This document shows positions 1-17,131 of a DNA stretch of 64,000 nt, piece by piece. A model generated the notes under the pieces. That model was not told the origin of the DNA. It saw only the letters and a list, made by a program, of their open reading frames with translations, and did no database searches. The stretch is taken from the NCBI RefSeq assembly GCF_009914755.1, contig NC_060937.1; one strand, 5' to 3'. Source of the stretch: the human T2T-CHM13v2.0 reference genome, Homo sapiens. A program made the position numbers and the translations under genes. Within the stretch, counting starts at the first letter, position 1. Every line of letters starts with the position of its first letter.

Positions 1-1110
1 TGGACAGATTATTTTAGATCAAGTAAAACACATTTGAGAATTAAGTCTCAGTTTAGAGTCTGTAATATTTTGATACATCAACAAGGGGGACCTAGTCCTT
101 AAATGGAACTTCTCTATATTCAGAAGCTCTCCAAGCCTTTCTTTCTAGGATTTAGAAATTCATAATGTGAGAGATCAGCATCTCCTAATTTTAAAGTGTT
201 CCTAGTGTATGCAACCATCAGTGGCGGGTATCTACTGAACAGTGAGGAAGTTTTCAAAAATTAAACACTGTCTGATTTTCTGCAGAGTTTTTATTCAGAA
301 TGTGCTTGGCCTTCCCAGCCCCTTCTCAGCTTTCTTGTTTTTGGCAGATGCTTCAAGTAAAGCTTTCTTCTTCAGGTACCTACGCCATAGGGTCGTTGTG
401 TAGAATCGGGAGTGTTAAATGATGCAAATAAGTGCTTCAAGACTGGCCCTTCTTATTATGTAAAATCACTTTGTGGGAAAGTGAAATGATTTGAGTGAAA
501 AACTTGTATTTCTCAACAGTTACAGGAATAGAGACACTGTGCTTGGATGTTGCATTTCAGACCATGGCCTGTCCTTTTGGCTGGAAAGTGACTTGGGACT
601 TAGCCCTCAATTCCACTCCACTGTCCTTTTTCCCTTTTGTGGTATGCACCTAAGGTTGCTCCTCGATCTGCCTATTTAAACCAAGCTGTGATTTACATGG
701 GAACTGAGCATTTGCTTTGGGGAATATATGTATTCCCCCGGGCTGTTTGTTTGTTTGTTTGGTTGGTTTTTGCCCACTAGTGTCTACTGCGTGTGTGTCT
801 CAGTATTACGGGAAGCTCTGCAGTTTTAAACTATATTTATTTAAGGGCAGTGAGTTTGCATGTGCCCTGGGTGTGTTTAGTTCTAACCCAGACTTCAGGC
901 GGGGCATCCAGAGCGTTGTTGGAGCGCCTTTCTGATTGCACAAGGAAGGGAGGGCAGTGGGTGCCATAGTGCCTTTCTTTTGTGGGTACTCAGTGTATTC
1001 TCTGATCCGCTGTGTCAGTAGAGTGTTTGCTATAAATCCTTGCTAATGGAAGGGAGAAGGGTTTTAAGACATTTACAACTTTCATAATTTAGACCCATAA
1101 AACGACTACC

Positions 1111-1392
1111 GGCCAGGTGTGGTGACTCACACTTGCAATCCCAGCACTTTGGGAAGCCAAGATGGAAGGATTGCTGCCCCAGAAGTTCGAGACCAGCCTG
1201 GGCAACACAGTGAAACTCTGTCTCTACAAAAATTTTAAAAAATTCGCTGGGCGTGGTGGTACATGCCTGTGGTCCCAGCTACTCAGGAGGCTGAGGTGAG
1301 AGGATCACTTGAGCCTGGGAGTTGGAGGCTGCAGTGAACTGTGATCGTATCACTGCACTCCAGCTTGGGTGACAGAGCAAGACACTGTCTTC
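1111..1392 (+). mobile_element. AluJ-like SINE with an eroded tail
   Basis: Diverged dimeric Alu sequence (GGCCAGGTGTGGTG...GCACTCCAGCTTGGGTGACAGAG). Confidence 0.9.
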
Positions 1393-1639
1393 AAGACATA
1401 TTAGTAGACCTCTTTATAGGTCTAGTAACAATTCTAGTACACATTTTGATAATTTGATAGGTTTTCTCCTGAGGCATCCTCAGTAGCTTAGTGATTTGCC
1501 CAGCAGCTTGATTGGCACTTTTGTGCTCAAACAGGTGAGAGGTTTGGGGAGACTTTGTGATTGCATCTAAAATGACTGAATCATAAAGTCGCTGGATGGT
1601 AGAGAGGGTGACGGCTTTAGAAATCATCATGTACAAGAG

Positions 1640-1890
1640 GGCCCTTGGCATGGGAGTTGAGACCAAGCACTCTGGCACCAGCCTGTCTGCATCTGGTCCC
1701 ATGTCTGCCACTTACGAGCTGGGTGACTGTGGGCAAGTTAATCTCTTGTGTCTCAGTTTCCTCATCTGTAAAAAGGGGTCAGGGTAGTGTCAGTCTAATG
1801 GCGGTTGTGAGGATTAAATGAGTTAGAATTTATAAAGCTCTGAGAACAGTGCCTGCCATGGAGAAAGTGCTACGTAAGTGCTGGCTAAAT
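1640..1890 (+). mobile_element. MIR SINE
   Basis: MIR core gtgactgtgggcaagttaatctcttgtgtctcagtttcctcatctgtaaaa...ggttgtgaggattaaatgag. Confidence 0.8.
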
Positions 1891-2526
1891 TAAAATAATA
1901 ATACTTACTGTGTTTTCACATTCCATGAATGAGAAACCTAAAATCCAGGAAAGAGGAAGTTAATTTTACAATACACTGAAAATGTCAAAAGTTAGGATTA
2001 GAACCAGGCCTCTCTTGGCTAGTGATTTTTCTCTTTGTCATGCTGCAGAATGACTCCAGTCTGGTGGTCAACCTGATAGCGCCTAAATAATTTTCCCTCC
2101 CTTTCAGCAATCTGCAGCAACAATGTGCTGTTCATAATCATTAATTTCTTTAGTAGACATTGTTTAATTAAATGCCTTATCAACCAGGCTGACATTTAAA
2201 CTTTCTCATTTTCCCACAAGGGATTTCACTATTTTATTACATACTTTTTTCCTTGACATTTCACTATTGTAATTAATCATTAATTCTAGTTGAAGTATTC
2301 CAGGATAAGGTACCCTTTACACATCTGTTGTATTTTATAGTATTCTTTGGCTTATAATAATACTGCATAGTTTATTTCTTGAAGAATATTGAAACTGTTA
2401 GAAAATTGTGTGGTCTGCTTTTTAATGGCTTAATGGAAATTGCTTTTCTTTTCCCAACTTGAAGGAAGCCCTATCATTTCTAATTTACTGAATTTGGTAA
2501 GCTTTAGGAAATGGCTTCCTTTTTCA

Positions 2527-3301
<775 letters not shown>

Positions 3302-3817
3302 AAAACTTACTTATTAAATAATGAGGCTGTTGGGAATATGCTGACTAGATTTGGAAACAAACAATAATTCTTTACAGTTTATTAAAGAAAATACCCATTG
3401 GTGTTTATTTCTTTTACATAGCTTTCCAGACACATTTTTATTTATTAAGTCCTGTCATTTTCTCCTGAACTCAAGGAGGCAAGTTATCTCTCTGATAAGG
3501 ACCTCAGCAATCAGCTGAATTACCTGCCAGAGGCTATAAAGGGGCTTGTCTGAGCCAGAAATTCACAGCAGTGTCTGCCAGTGAGCCCCAGGACTTTGCT
3601 TCTCGTTTCCAACCTTAAGTTGATCCTGCTGTCTTTGTAGAGGTAACATCTACTTGCTCCTATATCTGCACCTGAAAAGCATCTCAACATAGCCCAAAAC
3701 TGGAAGCAACCACAATGTTTTTCTGTAGGGGAATGGATAAACTGTGGTATATCCATACAGATGGGATATTATTAAGCAATACAAAGACATGAGCTAGCAA
3801 GCTACAAAATTCATGGA

Positions 3818-4640
<823 letters not shown>

Positions 4641-5949
4641 TATTTCAGGCAGACCAAAAGCTGCCTCTCACCTGCGTATTTAATTTTCTTTTCTCTATTT
4701 TCGCACTTCTATTAGTCGGATCCGCTATTGGCACACCTTTCAGTACATGGTGGATGCTTAGTAAATACCACTGGATGCACAAACGTGAGTCCTACCCACA
4801 CCATGCCATCTGCCATCACTGCTATTTAAGAACCTTTTTTCAGGGACTAGTTGATGTCTCAGTTCCTCAGTGAGGTGGCATCCTTATTTCTGAGGCTTTT
4901 AAAATTCGTTTAATACCTATTGTCAGAAGTAAACATGTTGCCTTGAACAGTCATCTCTGAGTTACCTGTTCTCTTGCCTGATAGATTATGCATCTCATAA
5001 AGACAAAACGATATTGTGCCACATTATTACTTTGTGTCCTATAGGGTGTGAAATGTAGTTGCTGAAACATAATAGGCCCTCATAAATGTTTGTTAATGGT
5101 GATGATCTCGATTATGGTGACACTTGAATGATAGTATACTTTGAACATTGGGTTTGTTATTTTCAAAGGCATTGAGTAAGCAAAGCCAGTAATTCACTGC
5201 ATCCTCATTATGGGCCAGGCAAGGGTTGGGTGCTTTCTACAAATATTTGGAGAGGCTGACTGGTGTCGATTAGAGAAGACTTTCCTTAGTGAGTGGAAGA
5301 GAATGATGTGTGTTAAGTCGAGTGAGGTTGGCTGCAGACTAAAAAATGCGCCTGTTTACATTGCAGTGACCTTGTTAGTGTGGGAATTCAGAGGGGCTGG
5401 AAGCTGGTGGCTATCTTCCTTACATTTAATTCACCCTGACCTTTTCCTTAGAGGTAGAATGAGGGGTGAGCTAAAGTTTAAAGTTTGTACTCTCAGAATC
5501 ATTGAGAAATTGACATCATTAGAATGGGAATGATTGGAGATTTTTTTCTGGTTTCCTGATTTTTCTGGAGATCAAAAAGCCTTCTCTTCTGGTAATTTTC
5601 ACCTCCACTTCCATTCTACACATTTTTGTCTTTGCATATCTGTTTAATGGAGGATATGTGCTCTACCGAATCAGTGAAAGTGCAAAGCCAAAGTATTGAC
5701 TTAGATTGTTTTTAGAACAAGGTTGGAGTAGAAATTAAAAATTGATTGGAAAAGGCATGCCACTTTTTCTTGCGAGGAGCTGCTGAAAACAGGCACTCAC
5801 GACCTTTGGCACATGTGCAAAACATGGCAGAGTGTCCCTCTTTTCTTGGGGAAGTTACCTAACCAAGTAAGTGCTTGGCTTGTGTCTGGTGGTTTTACAA
5901 CTGTCATTTTAGCTAATCTTTACGGAGACCCTCAGAAGTGGAGCAGGAG

Positions 5950-6125
5950 CAGTGCTTCTCAGACCAGAGCCTGCATCAGAATCACCTGGAATGCAACCTT
6001 CACCCCCCCCCCCCTCCCCTTTGTGATTCAGTGGGGCTGAGCTGGGCTGAGATGAAGAATTGTATTTCTAATGAGCTCGCAGGTGATGTGGATGCTGATT
6101 TGTGGGCACATTTTAAGAAGCACTG
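5950..6125. mobile_element. MER5A-like hAT-Charlie MITE
   Basis: TIRs CAGTGCTTCT ... AGAAGCACTG; internal gcatcagaatcacctgga and aggtgatgtggatgctg. Confidence 0.8.
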
Positions 6126-6776
6126 CAGTAGAGAGTAGGCTTTCTCTCCATCTTTTAGGTACGGAGAATGACTTCTGGGATGGATAAGTGACTGGCCTGA
6201 TGTTCTCACAGTTCCTAAGTTGAGACTAGAGCTGTCTCTAGCACTTACGCAAGAAAAGTGATGTCAGGCTCCCAGGTAAGGGAGACCCCTGCCCTCGGGA
6301 CTCCCTTGGAAAAGGCTTGGAAAAGAGGAGAAAGGCCTGTAAAGCCTGTGAAGTAGAAGCTAAATGTAAACAACACCCCAGGGAAGATGAAGTGAGTATT
6401 TTTTTCCTAAACCATTGGATCAGGAAAGTCTTTCTGGGTGAGGTGACACTGGGACTGGCTAGAGAAGTGTTTTTTTTCTTTTGAATGTAAGTGTTTTATT
6501 TTTCTCTCCCAGTCTTTTATCTTTTTAAAATTGAGATTCATAGTTGTATATATTTTTGAGGTACATGTGATATTTTGATACATGTATACAATGTGTAATG
6601 ATCAAGTCAGGGTAATTGGGATAGCCATTGTCTTTTCTTTGTGTTGGGGACATTCCAATTCTCTTCTAGCTCTTTTGAAATAGATAACACATTATTGTTA
6701 ACTATAATTTCCCTGCTGTATTTTTGTACCCATTAGCCAACTCAAAGATGGTGTTTTAGCAGGAAGAAACAGAACA

Positions 6777-7075
6777 GGCTGGGCACAGTGGTTCATGCCT
6801 GTACTCCCAGCACTTCGGGAGGCCAAGGTGAGCAGATCCCTAAAGTCTGGGAGTTCAAGACCAGCCTGGCTAACATAACCAGACTCTTTCACTACAAAAA
6901 TTAAAAACCTACGTGGGCATGGTAGCAGGTGCCTGCAGCCCAGCTATTCAGGAGGCTGAACGGGGGAGGAACGCTTGAGCCCAGGAGTTAGAGGTTACAG
7001 TGAGCAGTGAGCTGAGATCGCGCCACTGCACTGCAGCCTGGGTGACAGAGCGAGACCCTGCCTCAAAGAAACAGA
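6777..7075 (+). mobile_element. AluJ-like SINE
   Basis: Diverged Alu; TSD aagaaacagaaca. Confidence 0.88.
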
Positions 7076-8334
7076 ACAGCAAAAGCTTAGTGCCAGGAAG
7101 ATACAAGAGTGTTGAACAGCAGAGTTCAGTTGGATTAGAAGATGGTTTAGTTGAAAGGAGAGACATCATGGCAGATGGTTGAAATGCCTTGCTGGGAATT
7201 TTTACATTTAACTCGGTTTTGATTGGACTCAGGTGTTTGAGTAGAAAAGGGATATGGGTAGAACTGGACATTTGAAATAACCCCTATGAAAATGATAAAG
7301 ATGAGAAAATTTCTCTTTTGCTCTGAGTTTTCCTTATTTTCCAGAGACTTGTCAGGGTTATTTAAGATAACCTATTTAATTAAAAAAATTGTTAAAAAAT
7401 ATGGTTGCCAAGAAGGAACAGTGAAGCGAGAATCTTGAGCTCTGCAGTTAATTCTCATTTCCTTGCTTTGTTGTTGAAATAGGGGTACCCTGCTCGTAGA
7501 CAGTTAATAGCCTGGTCTCCTTTTTCCAAATGATCAAACAGGCCGAACAGTTCCTCCTCTGTTTGAAGTGTCTGGTTGATGTAAAACAGTTGATCTGCAG
7601 TTGTTTCTTTTGCTCACAGACTTTTTGGAAATAAGCAAATCCATCCACACAGATAGCTGTTTTTGAACTTTCTCAAAACCCCTTACCTAACCCCTTGTGA
7701 GAAGTCAAACTGAGCTGCTTTGCTTTTGAGGAGGGCCGGGCTGGCAGCTTTTCTAGTTTATCTCCACCCCAGCCTCCCCTGGGGCCAGCTCCTGGCGTGT
7801 GGCTCCCCCGGGACAGAGGCACAAGGTGGCTTTGTGGCAGCTTCCGGCTCATAAGAGCAGAGCCAGATGCACGGAGCTGTTGGAGATTGATCACACGCCC
7901 TTTGCCCTTTGCTCTTTGCTCTCCTGGGTGTCTGACACTTGATTTTTTGCCCTCACTCAATGGCACATCCACACTTCTTTGCTTTCAACATGGGGCACAG
8001 AAGTGGTTGGAGGACCCAGAACCCAGCCCTTTGGCTTCCTGCAGCTCTGCCACTTGGACTTCTTCTTTGAATAACACGTTTCTGTGAGTTTTTCTTAACC
8101 TGGAATTTTTCAGTTGCTTGTATTTAAAACTGGAAGAGGGGAAACAAACTCTTGCAAAAAGTTTCTCTTCATCTACCCGGCTTGATTGAAAGTAGTTCCT
8201 CTTCACTGTGATTTCATCTCACTCGATTTATGCTCTCAGTGGGGCAGGAGTAGTTGGTAGGAGTGTGTGCTTTTAGTAGATTAAATTAAAAATTGTTTAA
8301 TTACTTCTTAATGAAACATAGTCTTCTTAATTAC

Positions 8335-8636
8335 TTTTTTTTTTCTTTTTTAAGAGATAGGGTCTTGCTTTGTTGCCCGGATTGGAGTGCAGTGGTACAA
8401 TCATAGCTCACCGCAGCCACAAATTTCTGGTCTCAAGTGATCCTCTTGCCTCAGCACTGCAAGTAGCTGGGACTGCAGGTGCTTACCACCATGCCTGGGT
8501 AGTTTTTAAATTTTTTGTGGAGACGGGGTTTTGCTATGTTGCCTAGACCGATCTCAAACTACTGGCCTCAAGTGATCCTCCTGCCTCAGCCTCCCAAAAT
8601 GTTGGGATTACAGGCATGAGACACTGCCCCTGGCCC
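8335..8636 (-). mobile_element. AluJ-like SINE
   Basis: Poly-T then antisense Alu; aattactt flanks. Confidence 0.88.
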
Positions 8637-8849
8637 AAATTACTTCTTAATTAAACATATAGGTATATGGTACAAAATTAAAAAGGTCCAAAAGAGCATC
8701 TGATGAAAAGCCAGTCCCCAGCCTGCCTTGCTTTTGTCCCAGGCCAGGCTGGCCGCCTCACTGGAGTCAGCTCTCCTTCCAGTTACCTCCCTCTCCTTCC
8801 AGAGAGGCTCTTTGTGTTCACAGGAATATTCACGGACACATAGACATTT

Positions 8850-9970
8850 TTAGATTTATGGAGGTGTAATCACAAATCGTAACTTTGACCTGTTTCAGGT
8901 GTACAATTCAAAGGTTTTTAGTCAGTTTACAGAGTTGGGTGACCATCACCACGGTCCAGTTTCAGAACATTTCTATCTCCCCAAAAAGACCACAATTCTT
9001 TGTGCCCTTTGCTGTTGATCGAGCTCCGAATCCCAGCCCCAGGCAACTACTTTCTGGATATTTATCCTCCTGATAAAGCCTTGGCTGGATATTACATTTA
9101 ATAGGATCATAGGTTTATGGTGTCTTTTGCATGTGGCTCTTGTCACTCAGCAAAATGTTTGCGAGGTCCATCTATGTGGCGTGTGTCAGCATTTTGCATC
9201 TTTTTGTGGCAGAACAATATTCCCTGGTATGGATAGATCGCATTTGGTTTATTCACTCACCAGTTGATGACTATTTGGATTATTGGGTTATCCACTTGTT
9301 GGCCCTTTTTTGGCTGTGGACATCTGCATGTACTTCTGTGCAGACATATGTTTTCATTTGTCCTGGGAAGATACCTAGGAGTGGAATTGCGGGGTCACCA
9401 GGAGAAGGGTTTGCTGGGTTTCATGCCAAACTTATGATTACAATTTTAAGAAACTGCCAAAATGCTTTTTAAAGTGTTTGCAGCATTTTATATTCCTTCC
9501 AGCAACCAGCAGTATATGAGTTTCAGATTTTTCACATTCTTGAGAGCTTATTTGGAAGTCCTAGCAGGGGGGAGCACAGCTACTCGTATACCCTTGACCG
9601 AAAACCGGTCCTCCTCTATCGGGGATGGTCGTCCTCTTCTGCCAAGCACACAGTTTTGGAAGGGACACACATGGAGTGGTGAGGGAGGAAAGGAACACCC
9701 GCCTAGCCAGCCAGGTTAGCTAGATCAACCCTGGCAATCACCCCTAGCCCAATGAACCCTGACGATCAATGGGGTGACAGATGTCACAGCCAGATGGCCC
9801 TCACATCCAGATTCTCCACATTCTTGATAACACTTGTTATTGTCTGTCTTTTTTGTTATAACCATTACAGTGGGTGTGAAATATCTTATTGTGTGTATAA
9901 TTTGCATTTCCTAATGATTAATGATGTTGAACATCTTTTCATGTGCTTGACCATCTTCATGTTTTTGCAG
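8850..9970 (-). mobile_element. Old L1 (L1MB/MC-type) 3' region, interrupted by the 7SK copy
   Basis: Motifs ccatcaccacggtccagtttcagaacattt, atacctaggagtggaattgc, tttgcatttcctaatgattaatgatgttgaacatcttttcatgtgc. Confidence 0.8.
9539..9808 (-). pseudogene. 7SK snRNA retropseudogene covering about nt 1-240 of 7SK (possibly the locus catalogued as RN7SKP8)
   Basis: Reverse complement starts GGATGTGAGGGCCATCTGGCTGTGACATCTGTCACCCCATTGATC and includes GACGACCATCCCCGATAGAGGAGGACCGG and CGGTCAAGGGTATACGAGTAGCTG. 19-bp TSD at 9525-9543 / 9809-9827. Confidence 0.95.
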
Positions 9971-10294
9971 ATTTAAAATCTTCCTATTATCAGTTTTAAA
10001 ACATGAGGTAATAGCTAACTTACAGTGCCTCTCACCATTTCTACTCCTTTCCCTGCCAGTTTTTTAGCTGCATTATTTCTACATTGTCAGGCATTATATA
10101 ATATTCTGTGGCTGTTACAATTATTTTTTTCTTTCTCTTAAAGTATAAATGGATGTAAAGTTTACTAATAATTGTTTTTCATTCTTTCACCATTTACCTT
10201 TTGTTTTGCTGAAGTTTATCCTTTAGTAGTTTTTTTGAGAAGGGATTGGCTAACATTCTTCTGAATTCTCACCTGTTTAAAATGTTTGGCTATT

Positions 10295-10575
10295 GGCTGC
10301 ATGTGGTGGCTTATGCCTGTAGTCCCAGCACTTTGGAGGCCAAGGCAGAAAGATTGCTTGAGGCTAGGAGTGCAAGACTAGCCTGGGCAACATAGCAAGA
10401 CTTTGTGCATACTAACTGGTGGTGGTGGTGGTGCATATTTGCAGTCTCAGCTACTTGGGAGGCTGAGGCAGGAGGATCGCTTGAGCCCAGGAGCTCGAGG
10501 TTACAGTGAGCTGTGATCATGCCACTGCTCTCTAGCCCAGGTGACAGAGTGAGACCCTATCTAAAAAAAAAATAG
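10295..10575 (+). mobile_element. AluJ-like SINE
   Basis: Diverged Alu; TSD tttggctatt. Confidence 0.85.
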
Positions 10576-11019
10576 CAAAACAATTTGGCTATTATAGTTG
10601 AATGAAAATTTGCTTGTGATGAAAGTTTTGATTCTGTTACAATTCTTTGAGGATGTTTTTGGCATTTAAGCCTTGGATGTTGCTGTGGACAATTCTAAAA
10701 TTTTGTCCCCTCATACTTTATTTGCACTTTTTGCCTAGCTGCCCAAATGATTCCTTCCTAAAGTTTGAAGACCAGCTATGACTCAGGAAATGAGTTGTCA
10801 AATTATCTTTGTGGTGATCATTTTATGGTAGTTATCCCTGGAATAGGATATCTTCATTTATTATGCACAAGTATCTTTAATTTCTAAAATGTTTTCCTGA
10901 ATTATGCCTTAAGCTTTTTTTTTCCTGTTCTATTCTTTGATTTTTGTTTCTTTAGGGATACCGATTGTGGGTATGTTGGATCATCTCTCTCTGTCTTCCA
11001 TATCTATCAGTTCTCTGTG

Positions 11020-11307
<288 letters not shown>

Positions 11308-11792
11308 CAGTTCTCTGTGTTTTAAATCTATTGCTTGCTTTTCTCAGTCTTTCCCATTAGGTCCTTCATATTTTCACCAGTGCATATTTCCTTTTAGCTG
11401 CTTCCCATTTGGCCTGTATTTTGGTGATATTTTCATTCTTCCATTTTGTCCTCCTAAGGTCTGCCACCCTTATTCTTTATTTCCTGCTAATGTCTTCCCA
11501 TAGCTTCCCTGAACTCTTGTAAATCCTTTTATGTTTTTGTCTATGGAATCAGTTATTTCATGAAGTTTTATTAATTTATAACTATGTTTGGACAAAGCTT
11601 TAATCTGTTGCATGTAACATTTTCTTTGGATGTTCATCTGTCATTTTTCTTTTTTCTTGCAGCATCTTTGTAAAGGTTTTTTTGTTTGTTTGTTTTTTGG
11701 TTAGTAGGTATGAAGTAGCTCTTTGCAGGAGCCTCAGTGGGCCAGCAGACAGAGCCGTGTTCCATACTAATAGGAATTTTCATGACTTGAGG

Positions 11793-11793
<1 letters not shown>

Positions 11794-11831
<38 letters not shown>
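11794..11831. repeat. (TG)19 microsatellite
   Basis: Directly visible. Confidence 0.97.
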
Positions 11832-11832
<1 letters not shown>

Positions 11833-13521
11833 TCCTTTCAACCTTTGCTATTCCCTTATTTGCTGAAACTTTGGTAGTCAACCTTGGTGGTATGTCTAAT
11901 GCAGTCTGTCTTTTTCATCTTGCCTCAGCGACAGACTGCTTCCTACAAATATGGCTTGCCTGTATGGTTTCTCATTTCATATCAATCTCACTATGTCCAG
12001 GGAAGCTGTTACTGTGAATCTGCACACCTGTCCCTGTTATTCCAAGAAAGTTATGACTGGTTTGCTGCTTATTTGAAGCTCCGCCATTTTTATCTGAGAT
12101 CTGTAGCCATGAGCAGCCTCTCCAAGCATTTTCCTTCCCTTCTTTCTGACCTTCACTGCAGCTTGGCACATTTTTGTTACATTTTCTGGTTTGGGGCTAC
12201 AGATGTCTCCCAGTTTCCTCAGGGATGGAATTTGTGTTTTTTAGTTTACTGCTTATTGCTTTTGGATGAATTGCAAGAGGAAGTCCTTATAAGTCAGGAT
12301 ACTAAGACAAGACAACTCTAGTTTTTTACCTTTTCTCTGGCGGTTAAAAATCTTGTTACTTCTTTGTTGTTACTTTTTTAAAGTAATTTCTCAAATAGAG
12401 CTAACTAATAAAGTAGTTTTGCAAGCAGCTTTTAACTTTAAGGTCTGGAATAATCACTTTAGTAATAAGGTATCACAAGGAAAGAAATAGTCTATATTTT
12501 GACTATTCCTCAAGAATTTCAGAAGTCAGGAAGTTAATGGAGATAAATTCAGAATAGAGCATAGGTTAATATTTATACACTAGAGGCCTTTCGGTTTGTT
12601 GGATTTGTTTATCTGGAAGACGGCATTTTATTACTGGGCTTACCAGTTTTGCTATCAAGCATCAACTGTGGTTACCCATTTATGACTTGCCAGCGTTCCT
12701 GAGATGTTCCCTTAGCGTTCTTAGGATGCTCAACTCAAAACTCTTGGCTGGATTTATGATTGAATTAAACAGACTTTTCCATGTACAGCAACAGTCTGCA
12801 TGCAAGTATGATAACAGAGAGAAAGTATGACATACTTTGTTCAAGCATCAATATCCAGAAGTAGAAATAACCTAGACATGAGATCATTTGAGAACTAAAG
12901 AGAAAGGAAGTTAAGCTACCAAGTATCTGTTAATGACTAACTCAATTAAATTTTTAAATGCCAAGGTGCTAAAAATTAGAATATATATTTATCTGGGGAT
13001 TTTGGGCAAGAGGGAGAGAAAGGATTCAGTTCAGAGGATGAGGAGTCTTGCTTTTTGCTTAGGTAGGACAAGGAGAAGATATCTGCAGGGAGGGTCTGAG
13101 CACCTTTAGGCTGGGGTGAGGTGGGAGAGTAGAGCCCTTCCTTCCTGCCGTCATCGGCTCCCTGGATGGGCATCAACACCATAGCCAGGTCCATGCCTGC
13201 TTGACTCAGAGTGACAAGCCCAGCTATAGCCCAGTGTGAATTACCGTGCACAGGGCCTGTCCCTGCTGAGCAAGTGCAGGGCAGAAGGGGTGGGGTGGGG
13301 GAGGGGCCACACCAAAGTACGAAAAGTGCATGGAGGGGCTGGGAATGGGGAAGGCCAACTTGACTGATGGCATAGTTTTCTCTGGAGATTGCATTTATTT
13401 TTAACCATGAGACAGTGAACAGAAAACATATATGGAATAGAAGTAATTTTGCCTGGCTTGTGAAGATTATTTTGGACACAACTGACTTCATAATGAATAT
13501 ACTGCTCCCCGACCACCACCT

Positions 13522-13522
<1 letters not shown>

Positions 13523-13597
<75 letters not shown>
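13523..13597. repeat. (CA)37 perfect microsatellite
   Basis: Directly visible, uninterrupted. Confidence 0.97.
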
Positions 13598-13599
<2 letters not shown>

Positions 13600-13836
13600 T
13601 GATTCATTGGCCCAGTATTGAGGATCTCTCTTCCACTTCGGTGAAGGGCACTAGGCTGGGATTCTAGATTAACCAGGCTGGTCTCATCTCTCAAGGCTAA
13701 TGAGTGAATGAACCAAAGCAGAGATCACACAACCAAACAGATTAGAAACAGATGCTTAGAAAAAGCTTATTTGAGGCAGAAGTGAGAAAGGCACTTATAT
13801 AACAGACCTGTGGAATCAGGCATTCAAAAAAGAAGG

Positions 13837-14228
<392 letters not shown>

Positions 14229-14604
14229 ACGACATAAGGAGTGAATAAAATCTTCAAAAGGCTTTGATGGACCGTAGGTGAGGAAGGTGAGTGTGGGAGA
14301 AGTCAGGAGTAAATGGTGTTTCCTAGACAGTGATCAGGTGTTTCCTAGACATGTTCGATGGAAGGACACGCCCTTTTAGGCCCTGGTGATTTGAGTCGCT
14401 GTGGATGTGATCCCATAGTTTCTGATTTGCTGACCTCAGGGCCAGCCCTTGTGTCTATGGTGACAGCATTAGAGGTTTCATTGCAGAGGAAGTAAGGAAT
14501 TCATTAGGAAACTTCTGGGGACCTACTCTTAAGGAAAAGGCTGAGAATGAGTTAGGGAAGAAAACTCTACAAAATGAGATTTGGAAACCGGATGGTTTTC
14601 CTGA

Positions 14605-14935
<331 letters not shown>

Positions 14936-14947
14936 AACTTTCCTGAG

Positions 14948-15764
<817 letters not shown>

Positions 15765-15911
15765 GGGTGACTTTTTCTCAAATGTGAGTGAGACGCAGCT
15801 CACAGTTCCATTCCTTGCACCCCAGATAGCTCTGTGGTGCCCCTTCTGTGGCCCCTTTGTCCAGAAGTGCCCCCTGGGGGTCTCTTTTTCCCATTTCTTC
15901 TTTCTCCATGA

Positions 15912-16474
<563 letters not shown>

Positions 16475-16804
16475 CAGTGTTGGACCTTTACCTCCTCTTG
16501 GTAGCTAACCATTTTTAACATTGGGTTAGTTTTTCCACAGAAGTAGATTTTATAGCATCACCTTTTGATTTCCATTGCTGCTGTCCAGATTGGCACTTCA
16601 AGCATGAATTGTTACAGGTGATTTGTAACTGGATGCCCCAGCCCCTGCCCTCCCAACCCTCTTTCTTTAGTTATATATAGTACCATCCTCAGGCTCATTT
16701 TTCTGAAATTGTTGTTGTTGTGTTGTTACTCTTCCCTCAGTGGCTCCTGCTGCCTGCAGGGTAAAGACCATATTTTTCAGCCAGGCATTTGAAGTCCTCT
16801 AAAG

Positions 16805-17131
16805 GAGGGGTCCCCAGATCCTGGGCCGTGGACCAGTGGTCCGTGGCCTTTCAGGAACTGGGCCGCACAGCAGGAGGTGAGCGGCAGGCGAGCATCACCA
16901 CCTGAGCTCCGCCTCCTGTCAGATCAGCTGCAAGCATTAGATTCTCATAGGAGCACAGACCCTGTTGGGAACTGCGCATGCGAGGGATCTAGATTGTGCG
17001 CTCCTTATGAGAATCTAATGCCTGATGATCTGAGGTGGAACCATTTCATCCCGCAACCATTGCCTCTACTTTGTGGAAAAACTGTCTTCCACAAAACAAG
17101 TCCCTGGTGCCACAAAGGTTGGGGACCGCTG
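16805..17131 (+). mobile_element. MER1B hAT-Charlie element
   Basis: Ends (g)aggggtcccc ... ggggaccgctg; internal ccgcacagcaggaggtgagcggc and gctccttatgagaatctaatgcctgatgatctgaggtgga; ctcta target flanks. Confidence 0.88.

Noticed and set aside
1405-1424. Short hairpin TAGACCT-ctttat-AGGTCTA
   Set aside because: A 7-bp stem is expected by chance in 64 kb.
12976-13694. ORFs with CV or HT repeats, up to 205 aa
   Set aside because: Open frames created by the (CA)n tract; no homology or splice support.
14315-14351. 15-bp direct repeat GGTGTTTCCTAGACA with a 7-bp spacer
   Set aside because: Only two copies; a micro-duplication, not a CRISPR-like array or the TSD of a recognisable element.
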